Shown here one piece after another: positions 52,294 to 60,471 of a DNA stretch of 64,000 bases. This DNA comes from Nitrospirota bacterium (GTDB lineage Bacteria > Nitrospirota > UBA9217): assembly GCA_963749655.1 (NCBI GenBank), contig CAVVOB010000038.1:64001-128000 (forward strand). The letters are read 5' to 3'. The first letter of the stretch is position 1; each line of letters opens with the position of its first letter. The notes beneath the pieces were generated by a model. That model had not been told where the DNA came from, did not search any database, and worked only from the letters and a program-made list of their open reading frames with translations. Both the position numbers and the translations under genes were made by a program.

Positions 52294-53284
52294 TTTTCCC
52301 CTCCTCCTTATGTTCTTTTTCCTTCGTCTCATCTTCCAGGTTTTCCCGATGGCGCAGGGCCGCGTAGATCGTGCCGAACAGGGCCGGCCATGCGGTGAGC
52401 ACGATGGGAACCGCGCCGAGGAACCCTTTTGTTTCCTCGATCAACGGCTTGTTGGGAAGGTTCGTGGGAAGTCCGACCTGATCGAAGGGAACGCCCGATA
52501 TGTACAGCCAGTTCGTTCCACCGACTTCCTTTTCCCCGTAAATGTGGTTGATGTACTTACCGGGGTTGGCTGCAATCTTTTTCCGGGCAAGCTGAAGCAG
52601 GTCCTCACGCTTCCCGAACGTTAGTGCGCCTGTGGGACAGGCTTCTGCGCAGGCCGTGGGCTTGCCTTCCTTGAGCCGCGGCAGGCACATGGTGCATTTC
52701 CGGACCCGCGGCTCCAGTGCGCTCCAGTAGTCATAGGCCGGAATGTAGAAGGGGCAGGCCGTCATGCAGTACCGGCAGCCGAAACACAGGTCCGGATTGT
52801 AGTTGACTGCGCCCTCCGGCGTCTTGGAGTATGCATGGATCGGGCAGGACGTCAGGCAGGCCGGCTCCTTGCAGTGGTTGCACTGGATCTTCCGGTAGAT
52901 CGGCGTCCCTTTGTCCTTGGGATTTTCATAGCGGTTCACCACGGTGTACGCCTTCTCAGTCGGCATCCGATCTTGTTCGAAAACCGAGCTTTCGTCAAAG
53001 GGCTTATCCGGTTCGGGCAGCTTGTTTTCCGCATTGCACGCCTTTTCACAGGAACGGCAGCCCACGCAGGCGGTCAGGTCGGTCAGTACGCCGAAGCTGT
53101 TGGGATATCCCTCGAACTCCGTCGAGGCGAGGGCCTTTCCGGCTTTCCCCAGCAGCATGGTCCCGCCGATCGCGCCGACCGTGCCCAGGAAGATCCGCCT
53201 GTTCATGCCCGGGACGGCTTCTTTCTTTTCTTCCGGTTTTTCATCCGCAGGTGCGTCATTCGGATTTATTGGTTCTCTGGCCAT
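52286..53284 (-). CDS. Tat-exported 4Fe-4S protein (HybA/HmcB-like)
   Basis: NRRIFLG, CVGCRSC, CNHCKEPAC, CFGCRYC, CTMC, YGEKEVGGT, C-terminal TM. Confidence 0.92.
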   Translation of the reverse strand: MAREPINPNDAPADEKPEEKKEAVPGMNRRIFLGTVGAIGGTMLLGKAGKALASTEFEGYPNSFGVLTDLTACVGCRSCEKACNAENKLPEPDKPFDESSVFEQDRMPTEKAYTVVNRYENPKDKGTPIYRKIQCNHCKEPACLTSCPIHAYSKTPEGAVNYNPDLCFGCRYCMTACPFYIPAYDYWSALEPRVRKCTMCLPRLKEGKPTACAEACPTGALTFGKREDLLQLARKKIAANPGKYINHIYGEKEVGGTNWLYISGVPFDQVGLPTNLPNKPLIEETKGFLGAVPIVLTAWPALFGTIYAALRHRENLEDETKEKEHKEEGKNG

Positions 53285-53338
53285 AAGAATCCTCCTCTTT
53301 AAGCAGTGTGTTCATTCTTCCGAGAATCAACTGCGGAA

Positions 53339-53809
53339 CTAACGGGCCGCTGTCTTGGCCTTCCTGGCGTGACAGAGTTCGGTGCAGCCCTTTGGATCCA
53401 AACCGATGTCCCCCATTCCCCGGTGGCACTCGAAGCATTTTTTGTGGTACGCGACTTTCAGCCCCGGCATGGCGGGATTATCAGGATCCAGGGTGGCATG
53501 ACAGTTGGAGCAGGGCATGAAATTATGCGCAACGGAATTCTTGAAGGCCGCGGGGCTCAGGCTGTGGCATTCCTTGCAGGATGAGGTATTGCCGTCCCCG
53601 TGATGATGACATGACCCGCATTTGCCCGCGATCGAAACGTGTTTGGCATGATCGAAGGTCACCGCGGTATACTGATCCGAAATGGTCCCCAGCGTGCGAA
53701 CGCCCGGAAGCCGGGCGCTCGAGGAGGACTGACTCTCCTCGGCGCCGAGGTACGCTGCGAAGATGATGCTCAGACCCAACACCAGGACAATACTTGCTTT
53801 CGTTTTCAT
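53339..53809 (-). CDS. Cytochrome c3-like periplasmic multiheme cytochrome
   Basis: FDHAKH, four CxxCH plus CTELCH, LKVAYH. Confidence 0.88.
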   Translation of the reverse strand: MKTKASIVLVLGLSIIFAAYLGAEESQSSSSARLPGVRTLGTISDQYTAVTFDHAKHVSIAGKCGSCHHHGDGNTSSCKECHSLSPAAFKNSVAHNFMPCSNCHATLDPDNPAMPGLKVAYHKKCFECHRGMGDIGLDPKGCTELCHARKAKTAAR

Positions 53810-53844
53810 TGTTCCCCTCCGTAAACGCGGTATTGGTATGGCGA

Positions 53845-54264
53845 CTACTTTGTTCCTTCTTGCCTGGCTTTGGCTTCTGATTTTTCCTTCTTTTTTCCTG
53901 AGAAATAGGCCTCCATGGGCCTCCATTCAAAGGTCGCGCTCTTGCCTGCGAAGCCCGCGAAGCTCTTCACCGCCAGATTGACCAGACCGATGGCCACGGC
54001 CGCAAAGAACCCGATCGGCAGCATGACGATGTAGGCCAGCCCGATAAAGGGGGCGGTTGCGATCTTGCCGACGGCCTTCATGATTCCCTTGAATCCGCCG
54101 GTCTGCTCGATATAGCCGAGATCGTCCTTGCCGGTTTCCACAACGGTCTTGAACGGCTTGGGTTTCAGGACTTCCCAGAAAATCAGGAACCCGGCAATGG
54201 CAAGAAGCGACATGATGTACTCGATTCCCTTTACGTGGGTAATGAAATCAACAAGTGTAAACAT
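53845..54264 (-). CDS. Small membrane protein type B, copy 1 (HmcD-like N-terminus)
   Basis: MFTLVDFITHVKGIEY...FW; paralog of 54856-55257. Confidence 0.75.
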   Translation of the reverse strand: MFTLVDFITHVKGIEYIMSLLAIAGFLIFWEVLKPKPFKTVVETGKDDLGYIEQTGGFKGIMKAVGKIATAPFIGLAYIVMLPIGFFAAVAIGLVNLAVKSFAGFAGKSATFEWRPMEAYFSGKKKEKSEAKARQEGTK

Positions 54265-54361
54265 GGCATTGCCTCCTCTCGTTACATTAGAATGTTTGTG
54301 TTCTCAGTGCGCGGCCCTCTGCGACGTTACGGCCCCGATGCGTGATTCACCGCGCACGCCG

Positions 54362-54703
54362 TCACTTCTTCTCCTCTTTCTTTTTCTTCTTTCCCGACAG
54401 ATAGGCGCTTCGGGGCTGCCAACCGAAGGAGATGCTCTTCGCAACCAGGTTGTACATGCCGCCGAGGACTTTGCGTCCGGCCACGCCCGCGACCGTTGCG
54501 ATGCCGATGAAGGGCATCAGGATCGCATAAAGGAGCCCGATTACCGGACCTGCCAGCAACATGACACCTGTTGACATCTTCCAATAGGTTGCCGTCTCAT
54601 CGCCTGGGAGTATGCCCTCATCGGCAAAATCGATCCTGTGTCCTTTGCGCAGGTCCCAGTACGTTCCCTTGCCTACCCTATGTCCGCCTCGTGTGGTAAG
54701 CAT
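54362..54703 (-). CDS. Small membrane protein type A, copy 1
   Basis: GGH.V.KGTYWDL...GPVIGLLYA..MPFIGIA; paralog of 55315-55653. Confidence 0.78.
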   Translation of the reverse strand: MLTTRGGHRVGKGTYWDLRKGHRIDFADEGILPGDETATYWKMSTGVMLLAGPVIGLLYAILMPFIGIATVAGVAGRKVLGGMYNLVAKSISFGWQPRSAYLSGKKKKKEEKK

Positions 54704-54759
54704 AGTGTGTCACCTCCTTAGTCCGACGTTTGGCTGATTCGCCCTTTCTGAAGTATACA

Positions 54760-54820
54760 ATATCATTGTCCAGTCCATACGACTATTGTCACTTGTTCCT
54801 AATTAGATAGGTATATTGTC
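54760..54820 (-). promoter_or_regulatory. Conserved upstream motif, copy 1
   Basis: GACA-N15-TAGGAAC-N6-CAATA-N18-TGATAT, same spacing as 55699-55759. Confidence 0.55.
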
Positions 54821-54855
54821 TTAGAACTAAAATGTTAAATAAGTTGCACAATATT

Positions 54856-55257
54856 CTATCTACCCTCGTTACGGTCGTCCTTTTTCTTTTTTCCGGTAAA
54901 GTAGGCTTCCATCGGCCTCCAGTCGAAAGTCATGGACGTTCCGAACATGGTGCCCAGGCCCTTCATCGCCAAGTTGATCCCGCCGATCCCGAGCGCCGCT
55001 GCAAAGCCCACAGGCAGCATGGCAAGGTAAGCCAGGCCGATGAACGGAGCAGCGGCGATCTTGCCGACGGTCCTCATGATGTCCCCGAGGCCTCTCTGCT
55101 GGAGGTGTTCCAGGTCCTCTTTGCCCGCCGCGACCACGGTCTTGAACGGCGCAGGCTTCAGGATCTCCCAGAAGAGGAGGAACCCGCCTATGGCGGAGAT
55201 GGACAGGATGTACTCGATTCCCTTGATGTGAGTGATGAAGTCTACCAGTGTATACAT
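54856..55257 (-). CDS. Small membrane protein type B, copy 2
   Basis: MYTLVDFITHIKGIEY...APFIGLAY...WRPMEAYFTGKKK. Confidence 0.75.
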   Translation of the reverse strand: MYTLVDFITHIKGIEYILSISAIGGFLLFWEILKPAPFKTVVAAGKEDLEHLQQRGLGDIMRTVGKIAAAPFIGLAYLAMLPVGFAAALGIGGINLAMKGLGTMFGTSMTFDWRPMEAYFTGKKKKDDRNEGR

Positions 55258-55314
55258 GAACCGTATCTCCTTTCGTTGTCGGTTTCTCCGTTCGTCCTGC
55301 GGATCGCCGGAGTG

Positions 55315-55653
55315 CTACTTGGTGCCGCCCTTTTTCTTCTTGCCCGACAGATAGGCATTGCGCGGTCGCCAGCCGAATGACACGCTCTTGGCAGCCAGGT
55401 TGTACATGCCGCCGAGAAGTGCGCGTCCGGTGAGGACCGTTACGGTTGCTATGCCGATGAACGGCATCATCACCGCGTAGAGAAGCCCGATGACGGGGCC
55501 CGACAGCAGCATCGCGCCCGGCGACATCCTTACGTAGGTTGCGTTCCCGCCTCCCGCGAGCACCGCTTCACTGAATACGTCGACCCTTCTGCCGCTAGCT
55601 AAATCCCAGTACGTTCCCTTTTCAACTGTGTGTCCTCCCTTGTAAGTAAGCAT
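55315..55653 (-). CDS. Small membrane protein type A, copy 2
   Basis: MLTYKGGHTVEKGTYWDL...FGWRPRNAYLSGKKK. Confidence 0.78.
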   Translation of the reverse strand: MLTYKGGHTVEKGTYWDLASGRRVDVFSEAVLAGGGNATYVRMSPGAMLLSGPVIGLLYAVMMPFIGIATVTVLTGRALLGGMYNLAAKSVSFGWRPRNAYLSGKKKKGGTK

Positions 55654-55698
55654 TGTGTGTTCCTCCTTTCCGTAGATTTGATTTACTTTACCTTGTAT

Positions 55699-55759
55699 AT
55701 ATCAGGGATCGGATTCTTTGTATATTGGTAGAAGTTCCTAGGCAGGGGGGGATTATGTC
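55699..55759 (-). promoter_or_regulatory. Conserved upstream motif, copy 2
   Basis: Same blocks and spacing as 54760-54820. Confidence 0.55.
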
Positions 55760-56059
55760 GTAAAATTCGTATATTTATTGAGAAGAGAGCAGGGAATCGC
55801 TTCGGAAAGTTGCAGCAATGAGCAAAACGGGGAAGGCACAGTGTCGGTTTTTCAATCAGTTACGGGAGGAACGCGGCTCAAAAAGGATAGGATGCTTGTG
55901 GACCGAGAACAAATCCAGAGGATTGAGAGAGGATCTCTTTTTTCTACGAACGGCTTTTGATTTGTCGGGTTTCGTTTCGTTCTAGCCGGCCTGTTGGCTA
56001 ACACGGAGTTTAATCCCGCGCTGGAACGCGCGGTCTGAACAACTTGATAATTTACTTTC

Positions 56060-56185
56060 AAAGCAGGTAGCAATATTTCAACTGATACATTATTCTCTGA
56101 AGTAAGCAAGAGCATTAAAGGTATCTGTCTCCATTTGTCGAGAGCGTTCACATTTGCTCCGTTGGAAAGAAGCAAATGCAGTTGC
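56060..56185 (-). pseudogene. Ankyrin-repeat remnant
   Basis: LLLSNGANVNALDKWRQIPLMLL...VEILL in AT-rich DNA, cut off by the REP at 56186. Confidence 0.5.
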
Positions 56186-56266
56186 GTAGGTTGGGCTACG
56201 CTTCGCAGCCCAACATCTTGATTCTTGATGCGTTGGGCTTCAGTCAAAGCGTTCAGCCCAACCTAC
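56186..56266. repeat. REP doublet, copy 1 (81 bp)
   Basis: GTAGGTTGGGCT...AGCCCAAC...GTTGGGCT...AGCCCAACCTAC, near-identical to 56709-56789. Confidence 0.9.
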
Positions 56267-56334
56267 CACTGAGGGCGTCCGGTTGAGCCACGTGTGTACG
56301 CCCGACCGTCTTAGATTAGATGTCGGGCTTGAGC

Positions 56335-56679
56335 TTACTCTTGCCTGACTATATCGACCGAGATCTCCACCGCCGAAACCGTTCCTCTGTTTTCAAGCCA
56401 GTGTGTGGTGTTTCTATCCTCGGGCCAGCCCACTCCCGGTCCATAGTCCGTAGCGACTCCCTTTCGATGGTCAGTGATCGTTCCTTGCAGTATATAGACG
56501 GTGCCTGGTCTGTCTTTATGGTCGTGAATCGGGCCGAAGACGCCTCCTGGCTCGATGGTCACCATACGCATTCGAAGTTGGCGCCCTGCCATGCCCTCGA
56601 TCTCAGGACCAAGGTCAACCGCTGCAAGTAACTTCACCGTAACACCTTTCGTCTCGGGTGCCACCTGTTCGTTGCTCAT
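56335..56679 (-). CDS. Cupin domain protein
   Basis: IEPGGVFGPIHDH.DRPG.VYILQG...HWLENRG. Confidence 0.85.
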   Translation of the reverse strand: MSNEQVAPETKGVTVKLLAAVDLGPEIEGMAGRQLRMRMVTIEPGGVFGPIHDHKDRPGTVYILQGTITDHRKGVATDYGPGVGWPEDRNTTHWLENRGTVSAVEISVDIVRQE

Positions 56680-56708
56680 CGTGCTCTCCTCTTTGTACTT
56701 CCAATCGC

Positions 56709-56789
56709 GTAGGTTGGGCTACACTTCGCAGTCCAACATCGTGATTCTTGATGCGTTGGGCTTCAGTCAAACCCTTCAGCCCAACCTAC
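56709..56789. repeat. REP doublet, copy 2 (81 bp)
   Basis: Direct repeat of 56186-56266 with few mismatches. Confidence 0.9.
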
Positions 56790-56870
56790 CTGCTGAAAAT
56801 ACTTCACGCAACTGCGAAAATAATTGCACTCTTAAAAAAGAAGCTATCAGCAACACGGCTTCTTGAAGAT

Positions 56871-57400
56871 TCACCGCATCATGCTTTCGGCGATGTTTAC
56901 CAGTTCGAAGGGAGGGGCTTTCATGGCAAGAACGATCCTGCTGCCGCCTTCGGTCCAGGAGATCCTGCTGCAAGGCGTCTTGTCCCGGCAGACTCCGACT
57001 TCGAGAAGGGCGGCTCTGCCCTTTATAGCGTAGGCGACCGTTCTCGTGGTCTGCGCAATCGGAATGAGCGAGGGGGGAGTAAAAGCATCGGACCCTGCCT
57101 GGGAGATGACGAGCGCGACGTCGCGAGTGCCGGCTGCGTTGAAGATCATGATCACGGCGTGATAGGGCTTTGCCTGGGCCAGGATCTCCGTGGGCGGCCA
57201 CGAGATGCTCTGCGGGAAGTAGGATGGTACGCGCAGGTCCCGGAGGTTCAGCTTTGCCGTCACCTCTTCGACGCTGTTGTACCTGCTCATCATGTCCTTC
57301 TGGAGCAGCGTGGGCACCCATCCGAGGAAGTCTTCAGGGACAGGACCACGGCAGCCGCGGCCAGGATGAAATAGAGCAGACCCTTGATACCGGATTTCAT
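56871..57400 (-). CDS. Hypothetical membrane-anchored protein (frameshift at about 57325)
   Basis: MKSGIKGLLYFILAAAAVVLSLK joined to ...PSYFPQSISWPP..ILAQ. Confidence 0.6.
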
Positions 57401-57416
57401 GACAGTCACTCCCCGA

Positions 57417-58408
57417 TCATACGACGTAGTAGTTGATGCCCGCAATGACCAGCAAGGCAAGAATAAAGGGAATCCAGCTTGACTGGCGCTTGTTTGCCCT
57501 GCCCTGTTCAAGCCTTGCTATCCTGTTGTCGAGCTGGATGTTGTAGCTGTACTCCTCGAGGCGCACCGGCGCGAACAAAGGCTTATGCTCCGGTTCTGGC
57601 TCCGGCTCCTTCCGCTCGACAAGGAACTTTTTCAGCGCATTCGCCAGCGACTCCGGACGCTGGGACAGGGAAACGGCAATATCGTCGCAGATCTTCTCCT
57701 CGTTCCGGACGACCCTCCTGAACTCGATCAGCGCCACGGGATTGAAGAACAGGAGCATTCTGAGAGAAAAACGGCAAGGATCACCGGCCGCCTGCTGCGG
57801 GCGATGTGCCCCAGCTCGTGGGCAAAGGCCGCTTCCATCTCCTCGGGCGTGAGAGCTTCGGCAAGGCCGGTGGATATGTAGATTGCGGGGTTCTTTCCGG
57901 TCGATGAAAAGATGATAAGCTCGTCGTCCTCCACGAGAAGAATGTCGGGCGGATCGATCGAGAGGGCCCGGGACATTTTAGCCAGGAACGGATCAGGTCC
58001 GCACAGTTCCCCCTCATGCTCGGCAACACGCGACTCCAGGGAGTGCCTGACAACAGGGATCATTTCCTGGAGCAGAAATATGAGCGAGGTGATCCCCAGG
58101 ATGGCCAGGAACAACATCCCCAGCGGGGGAAACCCCCAGACTTCCATATTAAGCCACCGCGAGGCGTCGAAGAGAGCGGACAGCCGGAAGATCACGGATC
58201 CCCGGTCGGGGTTGATGAGTTGATAGAGGGGAAAAGAAAAAACGGGAAAGAGCACGACCACGAGCCTGAATCGCTGGCGCACCGCGGGGTTTTCGATCTT
58301 CCATGCACGCAGGGCCTGGTCCATGATGACCGATGCAACGAGCGAATGGGAGAAGGACTGAACGACGTACATGCCCGCGAGGGAGCTGAAGAATGCTGTT
58401 ATGCTCAT
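57417..58408 (-). CDS. M56/M48 (BlaR1-like) membrane zinc metallopeptidase (frameshift at about 57765)
   Basis: TM helices, ISTGL...HELGH..R, FFNP...EKICDD.A, RIARL. Confidence 0.82.
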
Positions 58409-58677
58409 TGTCCATGGACCATAAGCCGCCGTCCTGCGATGTTTGGAGAAGGTTCGCCCTGTCTTAAAAGCCGTGTCACCGCCGAGTCGCGGAGACGCAG
58501 AGAATGCTGTTCAGATGGTTTAATTTGGCTTCTATATATATGATGAATTCACAAAGAAAAGCATGAGTGTTTCATGCGGCCTTTCTTCGCGGCTTTGTGT
58601 CTTCGTGTGAAAATACTTCTTTACGATTTCACTGTATATATGATGTATTCGTAAAAAGTCAAAAACACCAAAGTACG

Positions 58678-58753
58678 GTCATTCCGGCTTGTCCGGAATC
58701 GTATCATATCATCGCGTTATGCGGCATCATGATTCCCGACAAGCGGGAATGAC
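58678..58753. repeat. Palindromic GTCATTCC...GGAATGAC element
   Basis: GTCATTCCGGCTTGTCCGGAATC ... GATTCCCGACAAGCGGGAATGAC, flanked by TCGTAAAAAGTC / GACTTTTTACGA inverted ends. Confidence 0.7.
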
Positions 58754-58863
58754 GACTTTTTACGAGGCAATCATATAATAGTAGCGGCGACGAATCCTCA
58801 ATCTACCCTGCTGAGATTATACAGAAATCAGCGGATGGTTGCCAGTCTGATTTGGCGGCCTGA

Positions 58864-58892
58864 TTGCAAAGCAGAAGGGTTTCAATTATAAT
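58864..58892 (+). promoter_or_regulatory. Sigma70 promoter of the NUDIX gene
   Basis: TTGCAA-17 bp-TATAAT. Confidence 0.7.
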
Positions 58893-58933
58893 TAACTCGT
58901 TGCGCGCGGCGATTTCGCCGCAGGGGAGGGGCT

Positions 58934-59572
58934 ACGGAGACGTTCGATATCCTGGATTGCCGGGGCATAAAGACCGGGGAGACCATCGCGCGGGACGAAG
59001 CCCACCGGATTGGCGCGTGGCACGGCGCGTTTCACTGCCTTCTCGTGGGCGAACGCGGGGGCAGGAAGTATGCGCTCTTTCAGAAACGGTCGGCAGTCAA
59101 AAAGATCGCTCCCCGCAGGTTCGATGTGAGCGTGGGCGGGCATTACGCGAGCGGCGAGGACGCACGGGACGCGGGACCCCGCGAGATCAAAGAGGAACTC
59201 GGGATAGAAGTGCCGTATGCCGACCTTATCCCCCTCGGCCGCCGTGTCTTCGTGTACTGCTTTACCCAGGACGTCAGGGAATACGAGTTCCAGGACGTCT
59301 TTCTCCTGTGCCGCGACATTGCGCCCGAAGAGCTGCTCCTTCAGAAGGAAGAGCTCGAGGGCGTCGTCGAAATCGGCCTGGAGGAGGGGATTGCCCTCTT
59401 CTCCGGCAAAGTGCAGAAGCTGAAACTGATACTGCACAGAGCCGACGGGTCGCGGGAAGAAACGCTCGTGACCGCCGATGATTTCGTTCCTTGCCTGGAC
59501 AACTACTACCTCAAGCTTCTCCAGCTTGCCCGGCGATACCTGAACGGAGACCGCGAAGCGCTGGTTATTTGA
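58934..59572 (+). CDS. NUDIX hydrolase (IPP isomerase-like), apparent ACG start
   Basis: ETFDILD..G..TG...R.EAH..GAWHGAFH...QKRS..K...P..FDVSVGGH...REIKEELG. Confidence 0.8.
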   Translation, partial: TETFDILDCRGIKTGETIARDEAHRIGAWHGAFHCLLVGERGGRKYALFQKRSAVKKIAPRRFDVSVGGHYASGEDARDAGPREIKEELGIEVPYADLIPLGRRVFVYCFTQDVREYEFQDVFLLCRDIAPEELLLQKEELEGVVEIGLEEGIALFSGKVQKLKLILHRADGSREETLVTADDFVPCLDNYYLKLLQLARRYLNGDREALVI

Positions 59573-59820
59573 TTTTTTGACTGTAACCACAAGTGTCTTT
59601 CATCGCTGCTTGTTCACGTTTCCTGCAGGCAGGACCGCTCTCACGCCATAAGCATTTTACAGGTGGTTCCCTCTGAGATACCCCCCCGATGTAAATAATA
59701 ATTTTTTACGCCCTCCGCTTGACTCGCCGCATATCTCGGGTAAACTTAAAAATATAACGTACGTTACGAGGACTTTTTATTCACTCGCTACCGAGCGGGC
59801 GAGAGAGAAAGGTTATATCG

Positions 59821-60336
59821 TTGAAATTATCATGGCTCATCGGCGGCCTGATCGCCGCGGCAATCGTGCTGGCCGTTGTGCTGGCATTCATGTACGTTCT
59901 GCCGCTGGACCTTCTCGATCGTTCTCCCGTACAACCGATCGCCTTCAGCCACAAAATCCACGCAGGCGACAACAGCATACCCTGTCTTTTCTGTCATCGC
60001 TCCGCGCCGAGATCAGCGGTTGCCGGCATCCCCGCAGTGGCGGACTGCCGGGCCTGTCACCTGTTCATCGCCCAGAACGCCCCGGAGATCAAGAAGCTCA
60101 TGACTTACTGGGACAACAAGCAGCCCATCCCCTGGGTCAGGGTCTACTGGGTGCCGGACTTCGTCTATTTCCCGCACATGATGCATATTCGCGCGGGTCG
60201 CGCCTGCACCGAGTGCCACGGCGACGTGGCGCACATGGCGCGCGTCACGCGGAAGCAGAAGCTGGAAATGGGCTGGTGCCTCGACTGCCACAAGCAGCAC
60301 AAGGCGAGCATCGATTGCTGGACGTGCCATAAATGA
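59821..60336 (+). CDS. Pentaheme cytochrome c (ActA/QrcA-like)
   Basis: N-terminal TM, QPIAFSHKIHAG, five CxxCH, LEMGWC. Confidence 0.88.
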   Translation: MKLSWLIGGLIAAAIVLAVVLAFMYVLPLDLLDRSPVQPIAFSHKIHAGDNSIPCLFCHRSAPRSAVAGIPAVADCRACHLFIAQNAPEIKKLMTYWDNKQPIPWVRVYWVPDFVYFPHMMHIRAGRACTECHGDVAHMARVTRKQKLEMGWCLDCHKQHKASIDCWTCHK

Positions 60337-60471
60337 ATGCAAGGCCGAATTCGAACCGCGGGAGGCGTCGGAGACACGAGAGAAAGTTAATGGTTTGTAA
60401 TGAGCGACGTCATCGTCTGCTCTGCAGCGGCGATTTTTTTTTCAGGTGCAATGTTCAAAAAGGGAGCTTGA

